From Planktothrix sp. GU0601_MAG3 (GTDB lineage Bacteria > Cyanobacteriota > Cyanobacteriia > Cyanobacteriales > Microcoleaceae), in the NCBI GenBank assembly GCA_035193785.1, contig CP136572.1, positions 4,532,578 through 4,596,577 on the forward strand: DNA of 64,000 bases, written 5' to 3'. Made by a program: the position numbers and the translations under genes. The stretch's first letter is position 1. Each line of letters starts with the position of its first letter. A model generated the notes under the pieces. That model worked only from the letters and a program-made list of their open reading frames with translations, searched no databases and was not told where the DNA came from. This document shows positions 23,748-34,059 of the stretch, in pieces.

Positions 23748-24560
23748 ATGAAATCCTATCTTGCTGCGGCTATTCAAATGACCAGTACACCTTGGCTAGA
23801 CAAAAATCTAGCGGAGGCAGAAGAATTGATCGATTTAGCAGTTCGTCAGGGAGCAGAGTTAATCAGCTTACCTGAGAATTTTCCCTTTATGGGTGAAGAA
23901 GCCGAGAAAATGGCTCAAGCTGAAACTATTGCTCAAACTACAGAAAAATTTCTGAAAACCATTACCCAAAAGTTTCAAATTACTCTATTAGCTGGAGGAT
24001 TTCCAGTGCCTTCGGGTGATGGCAAAGTTTATAATACGGCGGTGTTAATTGATGCTAATGGTCAAGAATTAGCCCGTTATCAAAAAGTTCATCTGTTTGA
24101 TGTGAATTTACCCGATGGTAATACCTATCGGGAATCTAATACGGTGATGGCGGGGACGGTTTTACCTCCGGTTTATCATCATCCAGAGTTGGGCAACTTG
24201 GGGCTGTCGGTCTGTTACGATGTCCGATTTCCCGAACTATATCGCCATTTATCCAAAAAAGAAGCAGAAATTTTATTTGTCCCAGCGGCTTTTACGGCCT
24301 ATACGGGTAAGGATCATTGGGAAGTTCTCCTCAAGGCCAGAGCGATTGAAAATACCTGTTATGTGGTCGCACCTGCTCAAACAGGCTGCCATTATGGGCG
24401 TCGGTATACCCATGGTCATGCAATGATTCTTGACCCTTGGGGGGTGGTTTTAGCGGATGCTGGTGATAAACCCGGGGTGGCGATCGCAGAAATTAATCCC
24501 ACCCGTCTCGAACAAGTTCGGCGCCAAATGCCAAGTCTGCAACATCGGGTATTTATGTGA
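23748..24560 (+). CDS. Carbon-nitrogen hydrolase (Nit1/deaminated glutathione amidase-like)
   Basis: LPENF, YQKVHLFDV, SVCYDVRFPE (E-K-C triad), ARAIEN. Confidence 0.9.
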   Translation: MKSYLAAAIQMTSTPWLDKNLAEAEELIDLAVRQGAELISLPENFPFMGEEAEKMAQAETIAQTTEKFLKTITQKFQITLLAGGFPVPSGDGKVYNTAVLIDANGQELARYQKVHLFDVNLPDGNTYRESNTVMAGTVLPPVYHHPELGNLGLSVCYDVRFPELYRHLSKKEAEILFVPAAFTAYTGKDHWEVLLKARAIENTCYVVAPAQTGCHYGRRYTHGHAMILDPWGVVLADAGDKPGVAIAEINPTRLEQVRRQMPSLQHRVFM

Positions 24561-24561
24561 A

Positions 24562-24633
24562 ATGGGGAATGGGTAATGGGTAATGGGTAATGGGTAATGG
24601 GTAATGGGGAATGGGGAATGGGTAATGGGGAAT
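24562..24633. repeat. STRR heptamer array (GGGTAAT/GGGGAAT)
   Basis: About 10 tandem units. Confidence 0.9.
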
Positions 24634-24768
24634 ATTTATAGCGGTGTGCGCTTGTATGAGGTAAAGCAGTGCGAGCGTGCTCCCTCGCTAGTCGGCGTTT
24701 AAACCTTTTAGCTTCTTCGCGCCGAAGCCCCACGACTGACCCGATAGGGCAGCGTGGGATGAATTGCG

Positions 24769-24973
24769 GTCAGGGATTATCGGAACAATCAGGTTGATTT
24801 TGATTCTCGATATATCGTCTCAGGGTTGAAATAGTTATTCCGCCACAGCTTGCAACAAAATAAGAAACCATTCCAAAAAACATCTTTCCAGTAAAAAGAA
24901 CTTAAATAATCAGAACCAAGTGAACCTTTAGATCGCTAACAGATCTACCTTTGCTGACAAAATCATTTTTCAT
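24769..24973 (-). pseudogene. tnpA: Internally deleted IS200-type Y1 transposase
   Basis: MKNDFVSKGRSVSDLKVHLVL is joined directly to ..FYWKDVFWNG-SYFVASCGGITISTLRRYIENQ; the central HUH region is missing. Confidence 0.8.
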
Positions 24974-25051
24974 GATTCCCCACATTTTAAAACTTGTGCT
25001 ATAGTCAGTGTATATTAAAATCATAACACCCAACAGAGGAGGTGATTCAAA

Positions 25052-26188
25052 GTGCTGAAGGTTACAAAGGTTAGACTCTATCCAACACCCGAACAGGGAT
25101 TGGTGTTAGCCAAGTCATTCGGTTGTGCAAGATGGTATTGGAATTTTGCCTTAAACGCCTGTATTCAGCACTATCAAGAAACAGGTAAGAGCCTAAAGTT
25201 AGCATCTTATAAGGGAATGCTCCCTCAACTCAAAAAAGAATATCCTTGGCTCAAAGAAGATTGCTACTCATCGGTTTTACAATGTGTAGCTATAAACTTA
25301 GATAGAGCTTACAAAAACTTTTTTGAGGGACGAGCTAAATTTCCTAATTTCAAATCTAAACATCACAAGCAATCAATTCAGTACCCCCAAAGTGTTACTG
25401 TTAACGGTGAATATCTAAAAGTCCCTAAGATTGGTGAAATTAAAGCGATATTTCACAGAGAAATTACGGGGAAAATTAAAACAGTAACAATCTCCAAAAC
25501 TTCGACCGATAAATACTTTGCTTCCCTCTTATGTGAGGTAGAAGGAACTGATATTAAACAGTCGGGAGACAACATTATTGGGATTGATTTGGGGTTAAAA
25601 TATTTTGCAATTACTCACAATGGAGAGAGTGCAACTAAATACGCCAACCCTAAACATTTATATCGTCATCAGAAAAATTTAGCCCAAAAACAGAAAAAAC
25701 TCTCTCGAAAAACTAAAGGTAGTAAATCGAGAGAGAAATTTAGAAAAACTCTAGCTAAGGTTCATGAGAAAATCACCAATTCCCGCCAAGATTTCTTGCA
25801 TAAATTATCAAGAAAATTGGTAAACGAAAGCCAAGTCATTGTCGTTGAAAACCTCAATGTCAAGGGGATGGTTAAAAACCGGAAGCTATCAAAAGCAATA
25901 TCTGATGTGGGTTGGGGAAAATTTGTCAATTTTATTGATTACAAGTTAAAGCAAAAAAGTGGTGAACTTGTAGAAATTGATCGCTTTTTTCCCAGTTCCA
26001 AAACTTGTTCCTGTTGTGGTCATATACTGGATGAGTTATCTCTCGATGTCAGGGAGTGGGATTGTCCAAGTTGTCAAACTCACCATGACCGAGATATTAA
26101 CGCTGCACTTAACATCAGGAATGAAGGAATCAGGATATTAACTGAAGGCGGAGGGAAAACCCCGTCTTTGCCGATGGAGGCTGTGTAA
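25052..26188 (+). CDS. tnpB: RNA-guided endonuclease TnpB
   Basis: N-terminal RLYPT..FGCARW HTH; RuvC residues GIDLG, VVENL and HDRDINAA; Zn finger CSCC..CPSC; true C-terminus may extend to ~26268 if GAAAAC 26155 is an error. Confidence 0.93.
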   Translation: MLKVTKVRLYPTPEQGLVLAKSFGCARWYWNFALNACIQHYQETGKSLKLASYKGMLPQLKKEYPWLKEDCYSSVLQCVAINLDRAYKNFFEGRAKFPNFKSKHHKQSIQYPQSVTVNGEYLKVPKIGEIKAIFHREITGKIKTVTISKTSTDKYFASLLCEVEGTDIKQSGDNIIGIDLGLKYFAITHNGESATKYANPKHLYRHQKNLAQKQKKLSRKTKGSKSREKFRKTLAKVHEKITNSRQDFLHKLSRKLVNESQVIVVENLNVKGMVKNRKLSKAISDVGWGKFVNFIDYKLKQKSGELVEIDRFFPSSKTCSCCGHILDELSLDVREWDCPSCQTHHDRDINAALNIRNEGIRILTEGGGKTPSLPMEAV

Positions 26189-26270
26189 GTCCACCTGCTT
26201 GTAAAAGTAAGGGGCATCGGTCTGTGAATTCGGAAGCCTGCACCGACCCGATTAGGGCGGTGTAGGTAGT

Positions 26271-28521
26271 TCACGGTAAATCTTCCCAGAATGGTTGTTC
26301 ATTTCCCAGGCGAGTTGTATTAGTCGCACTGTAAATATTGCCCTGTAATTCTTGATAATAGTCATCATCCAAGAAGTTAACATTAATTCCGGCAACCGCA
26401 ACCCGACGTTTAAAGTCTTCTTGGGTGTAATCTCGGCCATCAATTAAGGCTCCTTTTGGATTAGATACTAATAATTCCCCATTCACATAAACCGAATTAA
26501 TTAAATTCGGCCACCAAGCATACCCACTATAACTAAATAAAGCCGGAACTCTAATAATTTGGTCATTTCTGAGATTAAATTCTGTTTTGAGTTGATTAAT
26601 TAAGGGTTCGATTTTCTGTTTTTGTAAATTCAGATTATGTTGGATTAATAATTGATTATTTAAAGTAGCTCTGACGGTGGTTTGAGTGCTTAATCCGCGA
26701 TTAATTGCCGCTCCTTCATAACCTTGTTTTTCCAGTTCTTTTAATAGTTTAACTCCTTCCTCTGGACTAGCTATTAACATTAAAGGTTCACCGTCAGCAC
26801 TAGGAATAAAATTAATAATTTCATCAACATGACGCAACATTAACCAAGAAGTATCAATAGCAACGGGATCACCTTGAACTTTTTGGGCTTTTAAAAACTC
26901 AACAACTTCAGGATTTAAACTAACATTATCGGCCGTACCATAATAAATTCTTCCCAAGGGATAATCAGGTAAAGCGGGAGTTACGGCTAAATTATTATAC
27001 CAATCTGCCCATTGATTAAAAGCATCTAATTCCCGAGGTTTACCCACTTCAAACCAACCGAAATTTTGATTCATTAAAGATTTGGCATAATCATCACTTT
27101 CCGCGCTCCGATTACCCTTTAAAACCACGGGATATTTCTCTAAACCTTCGGGTTTGGGAAACTGCACATAGCCGATTTCTTGAGTTTCCTCGCATCCATA
27201 AAGTCGCCCCGGGTGTGACTTTAACCTTTGCTCCAGTTTTTTCCACAATGGTTTTTACATCTTGAATAATAGTTTGATTATCACCGCGATCGCTAATATG
27301 AACCTCAGCTACAGATTCCGTATTATCAGACATAATCCAAGGGGCAACCCCCATAGAAATACTATCCGTTGCTATCACAATTCCCTGTTTCCGCGCGATA
27401 GCTTTTAAATTAACTAAACCCGACCAATTACCATTAGCAAATTGTTTCGCTTCTACTCCTAAAACAATATCTGAACCAAATTCTAAGGGCGTTAAACCCG
27501 ACAAATCAATAGCTTTCCATCCCGTTGAAGTTTGCTGGAAAATATTAATATGGGGTTGCGCTGCTGCGTCAACGGTGAGCAATAATTCTGAACCTTTATA
27601 CTCTGGATTAACTTTAAAATGAACTAAAGCCAAATCCTTTTCATCTTCAGCCCCATTAACTATTTTATCTCGCCAATCGGGTAATCCATTAACATCATCA
27701 TCATCATTATTAAACAATATTAATGGCCCTAGGGATAAAGACCATTGTTCCGGGCGTTGTTGATCTGCTTCTTCCACAATACCATCTCGGTTGGTATCCC
27801 CATAAAGTTTAAACCCAGGAAATTGAGGATTGGCAACGGAAACCGGGGAAATTGTTTGAGGTTTTTCTGGTTGTTGTTGTTGGGATTGTTGGGTTAAGGC
27901 GCGTTGATAGGTGGCGATCGCTAAATAACCTTGATATTCTACGGTTTTATCAATAGCTTTAGAACTCAAAAAAGACTCTTTAGGAATTTTCCGCAGGGTA
28001 TCAATAGCTTGAATCCATAATTGTTGTGCGGTTTCCCAATCTTCGATGCTATTAGTTTCAGATTGTTTGCCAAAATTTGCTGCTTGAGTGGCTATTTTGA
28101 GTACCTGATTCCAAGTTTCTAGGGTTTTTTCTTCAAATTTAATTTGAGCTTCAACTTGGCGATTAGCTTTAACTAAAGTTTCATATTGTTTCAGTTGCAG
28201 TTGATATTGCCAAACTTCTAAATTACTATTAATATCGGGGGGACTGGAAACTTTCTTCAATTCAGCTTTGATCAAATCCTGTAATTGATATAATTCGGCT
28301 AAGGATTTGGGTGTAACTTCTGTGGTTTCTGTGTTATAACTGCCTGGAGTACCTGCTTGAAATCCTTGCAGTTGCACGCCGGAGTCATTAATCCGATACT
28401 CCAAATTCAGATCCATTGGTGAAGATTGGGCTAAAGTTGAAGGGGCGGGAACTAGGATAATTCCAACAACTACACCTAAAGCATTAATTAAAGCAACAGC
28501 AATGTAGCGCATCCAATTCAT
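26271..28521 (-). CDS. Secreted protein-arginine deiminase (PAD) family protein, probably catalytically inactive (apparent frameshift at GTTTC 27184-27188)
   Basis: Signal peptide, DTNRDG and NNDDDDVNG Ca-type motifs, VAPWIM, QKVQGDPVAIDTSWLMLRHVDEI, WPNLIN, GNIYSATN. Confidence 0.75.
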
Positions 28522-28674
28522 ACTGAACCTCAGACATCCTGACTGATTGTACCTGAAATTGGCTAACTGTAGATCGGATATCCCTCAATCCCTTTTAAAA
28601 GGGCAAATTTTGGAATTCTTAATGGTAGGGGAGAAGTCTTCTCGCCCTCTTAATATCCTGAGTCTGACAACTCT

Positions 28675-29694
28675 TTATCCAATTCCCAATAAAGAATCAC
28701 TAATATTAATCATAGAAATACTATTTTTAACAACATTAACATCGGTAATATTAGCCACCACACCAAAAATATTTCCGGTTGTCGTTTGACGAATAATTAT
28801 TCCTTGATCCGTTTTATTTGCCAGTTGTAAGTTAGCAGTTTTATCAAAGGTTTCTAGGGTTAATTCTTGTGAATTAAAACTAGCAACAATCACAATTTTA
28901 TCCCCTTGTGTGGGGTTAAAATCCGTAATTAAATCGGCTTCTGTGGCGTTAACTGGAACTTCGTAAGCATTTGCACCTAAAATAAAAGTATCAGCATCAG
29001 CACCCCCGGTGAGGATATCAAAGTCTAAATCACCGATTAAAATATCCCGTCCAGCACTACCTTCTAAAATATCTTTTCCTTTTCCTCCTCTTAATAAGTC
29101 ATTTCCATCCCCTCCAATTAAGAAATCATCCTCACGATTACCATTAATAATATCATTTCCCCCATCGCCATTAAAAGTATCATTTCCCTGACCACCTCGG
29201 AGTAAATCAATTCCTTCCCCACCGGATAATTGATCATTTCCAGTATTACCATTCATAACATCAGTTTGATTAGAACCCACTAAAATATCATCCCCAGCTA
29301 AAGCTAAAATACCCCCCGGATATTCTCTTGTCCATTCGGGTAAAATTAAACCCGTGGGTTGTTGGGAAATATTAAAATAATTAGCGGGTGCTAAGATATC
29401 AATATCATCGGTTAAAACAAACAATTGAGCAGATTTTCCCGATAATTCCGTTAGGGTTTTATAACTACTTAAAATATTAATATCTTCGAGAATTAGACTC
29501 GGTTTAACTTCTAAAGTAGGGGCGGTACTTAAGGTGATTTGGGGGTTTTGTTCTAATAATTTGTTAACCCAAGGTTCCGCAATGGGTAGAATGGTATTAA
29601 ATAAGGGTTCATACTGAGGAAAAAAGGTGAAAATAACGGGTTTAGCAATCGGAAAAATTACATTGCTAACGAAGTTAATAATTTTGTTAAACAT
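28675..29694 (-). CDS. RTX-type calcium-binding protein
   Basis: GGxGxD repeats and DLITDFNPTQGDKI. Confidence 0.85.
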   Translation of the reverse strand: MFNKIINFVSNVIFPIAKPVIFTFFPQYEPLFNTILPIAEPWVNKLLEQNPQITLSTAPTLEVKPSLILEDINILSSYKTLTELSGKSAQLFVLTDDIDILAPANYFNISQQPTGLILPEWTREYPGGILALAGDDILVGSNQTDVMNGNTGNDQLSGGEGIDLLRGGQGNDTFNGDGGNDIINGNREDDFLIGGDGNDLLRGGKGKDILEGSAGRDILIGDLDFDILTGGADADTFILGANAYEVPVNATEADLITDFNPTQGDKIVIVASFNSQELTLETFDKTANLQLANKTDQGIIIRQTTTGNIFGVVANITDVNVVKNSISMINISDSLLGIG

Positions 29695-29871
29695 AGGGGA
29701 AAATTTTTAAGTGAAAATCATTAGTTATGCTTTTTGATTTTGCACTTTAATTTGTGATCACTCAGGATAGTTTTTAAATAACGAGCTTAAATCCTGTGGG
29801 AGCATCCATTAGTATCCGTCCACTCCCGGGTTTGGGTAATCACTTCCCCTTGAGTAGTCCCGATGGGTGAA

Positions 29872-30159
29872 TTAACAATTACCGGGATCTTCACTAAACC
29901 ATAATAACCGAATTCCTAATACCGCAAAACCGATGGCGGCGGCTATTTTAACTAGATGAGTGGGTAAAACTTCCGCAACCCCTTGTCCCACGATCACACC
30001 GAGGAAACTGGCTAATAATAGGGCGGCGGCTGTACCAAAAAAGACCGCCCGGGGGGATTTGCTCGTCCCACTAAGAGCGATCGCCGCCACTTGACTTTTA
30101 TCTCCTAATTCTGATAGAAAAACCGTGATAAAAGTCAATCCTAAAAGTTGAAAATCCAT
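29872..30159 (-). CDS. TMEM165/GDT1 (UPF0016) family half-transporter
   Basis: FLSELGDKSQ motif. Confidence 0.9.
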   Translation of the reverse strand: MDFQLLGLTFITVFLSELGDKSQVAAIALSGTSKSPRAVFFGTAAALLLASFLGVIVGQGVAEVLPTHLVKIAAAIGFAVLGIRLLWFSEDPGNC

Positions 30160-30178
30160 AGATTTAACTATAACTAAT

Positions 30179-30547
30179 TTAGTGTAAAACTTCCCAAAAC
30201 AATAGCACCGAAATCAATAATAAACTGCTTCCCGCAGCCACTTCTAGGGTTCGGGGTGAAATCCGAGAAGCCAACCATTGTCCGACTAAAACTCCTAAGA
30301 AACTGGTTAAAATTAATGCGCTTCCCGCCCCTGCAAAAACGATCCAAGGATTATGGGATTCTGCTGTCATTAATAAAGTGGTAAGTTGGGTTTTATCTCC
30401 AATTTCAGCTAAAAAAATAGTAATGAATGTGGAGACAAAAATCTTTCCCTTATTGGGTTTCACCGAATCTTGCTGTTGATTCGCGCTCGCAGATAGGTTA
30501 CTAGCGGGGTCTTCCTGAACTTCAACAAGGGTTTGGGGTGAACTCAT
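30179..30547 (-). CDS. TMEM165/GDT1 (UPF0016) family half-transporter
   Basis: FLAEIGDKTQ motif. Confidence 0.9.
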   Translation of the reverse strand: MSSPQTLVEVQEDPASNLSASANQQQDSVKPNKGKIFVSTFITIFLAEIGDKTQLTTLLMTAESHNPWIVFAGAGSALILTSFLGVLVGQWLASRISPRTLEVAAGSSLLLISVLLFWEVLH

Positions 30548-30632
30548 TGGTTGACGGTTGGGGTAATATTAGAACTATATCATAATCTTTTCATATTTTA
30601 CCCCATCCGGCAATAAAAAACCGAGAAATTCC

Positions 30633-30989
30633 CTATAATTCATACCCGACTGTTTGATTAAAACGCTCTATTTCCGGGGAATCATCCCCATAAACGCCTT
30701 CAATTTGTTGTTGACAACAATCAATCGCAAAATCGTTTAATTCTGACGCTTCAATTCCATATAATTCTTGAAAAACATCGGATTCTACCCGACAAAACCG
30801 CGGGCGATGATCATAAATTTTGCATTCTTTAGTTTCAGAATCAAAATTAATACACCACCCATCTTCCCCGACTAAACTTAAATATAATTGTAAGTCTTGC
30901 GGGGCTAAATATTGATCTAATTCTGGACGTTCACTGGGGTCAAGATGACAGCAAGCCCCACATTGTTTGATACAAAGCCAAGTGGTCAT
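30633..30989 (-). CDS. YkgJ-family cysteine cluster protein
   Basis: CIKQCGACC..GWCINFD..CKIYDHRPRFCR. Confidence 0.85.
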   Translation of the reverse strand: MTTWLCIKQCGACCHLDPSERPELDQYLAPQDLQLYLSLVGEDGWCINFDSETKECKIYDHRPRFCRVESDVFQELYGIEASELNDFAIDCCQQQIEGVYGDDSPEIERFNQTVGYEL

Positions 30990-32189
30990 AATTCTGGATT
31001 AGCAGTTTTTAAATCGGTTGTTTCTGGTTGGGGAGTAACCAATGGAGGAGAACTTGTTTCCTCTAATTCCGTTGTTTCTGAAGGAGTTTCAATTTCTGCA
31101 ATTGTCATCCCTTCTTCAACAGTTTCTGATTCTAAAGTATTAGTTTCAGAGGATATTTCCTCCGTCACAGATTCCTGAATTTCCTCAACAATAGGATTAA
31201 CCTGTTCTGTGATCGTTTCCACAACAACTTCAGCCTGGGGAGTCACAATTTGTTCAAAGGGTGAAGGGGGAGATTTTTCAACTGTTTCTAGGATTTCTGG
31301 CCCACTAACCGCAGTTTCTGGGATCAACTCCGCCTCAACAGCCGTTGTTTCCCGAGCTTCAAATTCAGCAAACTCATCCTTAGTCACCGTCTGACTATCT
31401 TCTCCAACCGTTGAAGCCGGGGGAACGGGGGTGGGTTTTGGGGATTTCGGTTGACTGGGAGTTTTGGGGGTTTTTGGTTTTTTATTGAATAAACCTGTCA
31501 AATTACTGACCAAACCCGAGAGGGTTTCCGGCGATCGCCGGGATAGATTTTTGGGGTTTAGAATCGGTTTTTGCAGTCTTGACCTTGGGAGCAACTTTAG
31601 GTTTTTCGGCTTTGACCTTGGGTGTTTCTACCTGGGTATCTGAAGTTGAAGGAGTGATCGATGGTGTTTCTGCAACTTCAGGAAGACTCTGTTCTTGGGT
31701 GATCGGGGGGATCGGCGGTTCCTCTACAATTTCTGGGGATGGGGAAATAATTTCTGGTTCGGGTTGTTTCTGGGTGGCTACAGGGGTCTCAGGAATCACT
31801 GAGTTATCCTCAGAGACGGGTTCAGGAGTAGCAACAATAGGCTTTACGGGTTCGGGAAAAATCACCGGGGACTGACCACCGAGCAAGCCATTCAGTTGTT
31901 TTTTCACCTTCGCCGGAACCGGGGTTTGTTCCGTCACGGGGGTGGCTGATCTTCGTAGGGTCAGAACTTCCCATCCCAACCAAACCAACAGGGATACACT
32001 CGCCACCTGACCTAACAGCACGGCTCCGGTAATCCGTCCCGCACAGGCCCACAGAATTAGTCCATAAAACAATCCTACTCCACTCCAGACAAAATCACTT
32101 TTGCGGTGTACTTCTGGAAAGAAGAAGGCGGCCATATAAAGGCCAAAACTTGCTAAACCCACTGCGATCGCTAGAATATATGCCAGCAT
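30986..32189 (-). CDS. Ycf66-family protein with long Pro/Glu-rich tail (apparent frameshift near GTTTC 31524-31528)
   Basis: MLAYILAIAVG..FFFPEVHRKSDFVWSGVGLFYGLILW..GRITGAVLLGQ; two overlapping ORFs offset by one base. Confidence 0.8.
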
Positions 32190-32288
32190 TTTTCCCTCTC
32201 ACTCTATCAAAAAACCTCTATTCTGTTATTTTACCGTTAACTGTTGACGGTTAGCCGTTGAGGTGTTGACGATTGACTGTTGACGGTT

Positions 32289-32378
32289 TGTGATTCAGAT
32301 CATTAATTATATGTGAATTCTATCACTTATAGACATTGTAGTGAATCATACTGCAAAGAAACATCGTCTTATTAATAT
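32289..32378 (+). promoter_or_regulatory. Candidate CRP-like sites, NtcA box and -10 element upstream of a small ORF
   Basis: TGTGA-N6-TCATT (32289), TGTGA-N6-TCACT (32312), GTA-N8-TAC (32338-32351), TAATAT 21 nt further on. Confidence 0.45.
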
Positions 32379-32442
32379 AGATATAGATAGGATTCAAGGG
32401 TGCGACTAGATTGTTTAGATTGTTTTGATGTGGGAGTTAATT

Positions 32443-32598
32443 ATGTTAGAAAAATTATTGTTGGCTGCTTTTATTACCTTGTCTCTACATTTGCAATTTG
32501 GTGTCAACTGGTTCGGCTCTAAACCAGGAGCTTCGGTAGGGGTAGCCTCTCAAATGCAAATGGAAAAAATTGTTCTGTCCCCAGGCTTGACCAAGTAG
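32443..32598 (+). CDS. Small 51-aa protein with hydrophobic N-terminus (not in ORF track)
   Basis: GGGAG RBS; MLEKLLLAAFITLSLHLQFGVNWFGSKPGASVGVASQMQMEKIVLSPGLTK. Confidence 0.55.
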   Translation: MLEKLLLAAFITLSLHLQFGVNWFGSKPGASVGVASQMQMEKIVLSPGLTK

Positions 32599-32815
32599 AT
32601 TCCGCTAATCAAGGCTATTTTAGGGACTAAACAATCCCTCTATCCTGTAGATAGAGGTTCCCTGAAAATTTGGCTTTCTTTTATGAAAATTTTCTCATCA
32701 AGATTTCATTTTTAGCTTATCCTAAATCGTTTTAAACTTTCTCCCACAAATCCCGGTTTCCCATTGTCCATTTCCCTTTTCTATAATAAATTTTTGCTCC
32801 AAATTCCTCCGTTTT

Positions 32816-33868
32816 TTAGCCGGTCTCCACAGATTCAGAAGCGGGGTTTTGTAAAATAGTGATTAAGGATTTGATAAAACTGGCTAGGGGAACTGCAATA
32901 ATTAATCCGAGAAATCCGGCGATTCTAGCACCAATTAGGAGAGAAAGTAAAATTAAAACCGGGTTTAATCCGGTAAATCCCCCTAATAACCGAGGCGCAA
33001 TACCATTTTCTATAATTTGATCGACAATAATTGCTGTAATTAAAACTTTTACCCCTAACCAAATACTATTTAAAGCTACTAAAAAGCAGACTAAACTAAT
33101 TCCTAAACTGGCTCCGAAGGGAAATAAAGCCATTACCCCAATTACCATACCAAATAATAGCCCAAAGGGAACTTGAATAATCACAAATGCTAAAGTCATC
33201 AGTATTCCTATCAGGGCGGCGACGGAGGCTTGACCAATTAAATAATTCTTAAAGTTTTTTTTGAGTGCTAAACGAATAGGGGTGCGAATTCGGACTGGAA
33301 AGAGTTTATATAAATCGTCCCAAAGCTGATCTCCATGTAATAATAGATAAAAGGTCATAGCGACCGTAATAACTAGATCTAATACTCGCCCAAACACCGT
33401 TATTACCCCGCCAATGACATCTCCGCCTAAACTCTGAACTTGACTCGATAATTTTTCTAAAAGCTGAGAGGTGACTCCTCCAATATTAACCGGAATATTA
33501 CGACTCATAGCCCAAGATTCTATGGTTTTAACCTGTTGGATTCCTGATTCAATCCAACTGGGAAGACGTTCTATTAAGGTATTAAACTGCTGGAAAATCA
33601 TGGGAATCAGGGTAATCCCTAAAATGCTCAGAATAATTAATGTGATCAATAAAACCCCTAAAATTGCAATTGTCCGTTTTAATCCATAGCTTTGTAATCG
33701 TTGTACGGGATAATCTAACAGAAATGATAATAGGGTAGCGGTGACAAAAATATTGATAATTGATTTAAAGTATTCTAACGTTAGTAATAATAGCCAACCG
33801 TTTAAAACTAAGGCTGGAATTGCTAAGGCTATAACTAATAATCGGAGCCACGAGTTTTTAGTGTTCAT
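32816..33868 (-). CDS. AI-2E family transporter
   Basis: Multi-TM; LLDYPV, FYLLLHG, PRLLGGFTGLNP..GLIIAVP. Confidence 0.9.
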   Translation of the reverse strand: MNTKNSWLRLLVIALAIPALVLNGWLLLLTLEYFKSIINIFVTATLLSFLLDYPVQRLQSYGLKRTIAILGVLLITLIILSILGITLIPMIFQQFNTLIERLPSWIESGIQQVKTIESWAMSRNIPVNIGGVTSQLLEKLSSQVQSLGGDVIGGVITVFGRVLDLVITVAMTFYLLLHGDQLWDDLYKLFPVRIRTPIRLALKKNFKNYLIGQASVAALIGILMTLAFVIIQVPFGLLFGMVIGVMALFPFGASLGISLVCFLVALNSIWLGVKVLITAIIVDQIIENGIAPRLLGGFTGLNPVLILLSLLIGARIAGFLGLIIAVPLASFIKSLITILQNPASESVETG

Positions 33869-34059
33869 ATAGCGTTTCACCATTGTTAACGATTGTTAAT
33901 CTGATCCGTTGGGTTGGGACTTGACAAAAAATCCTGGGCAGGCTATTATATACTTATCGCTGGGCTGTCGTTCGCACCTACTCTTGATTAATTAATCAAC
34001 AACAATCCCATTACCCAGTTCCTGGTGGACAAATTCCTTGTGTTCCCCTGGGCTGAGGG

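Larger units (their letters stand above)
24721..26274 (+). mobile_element. IS200/IS605-family element, non-autonomous (deleted tnpA, divergent tnpB)
   Basis: Related subterminal hairpins at both ends (GAAGCCCCACGACTGACCCGATAGGGCAGCGTGGG and GAAGCCTGCACCGACCCGATTAGGGCGGTGTAGG); right end GTAGTTCAC; left boundary is inferred. Confidence 0.75.
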
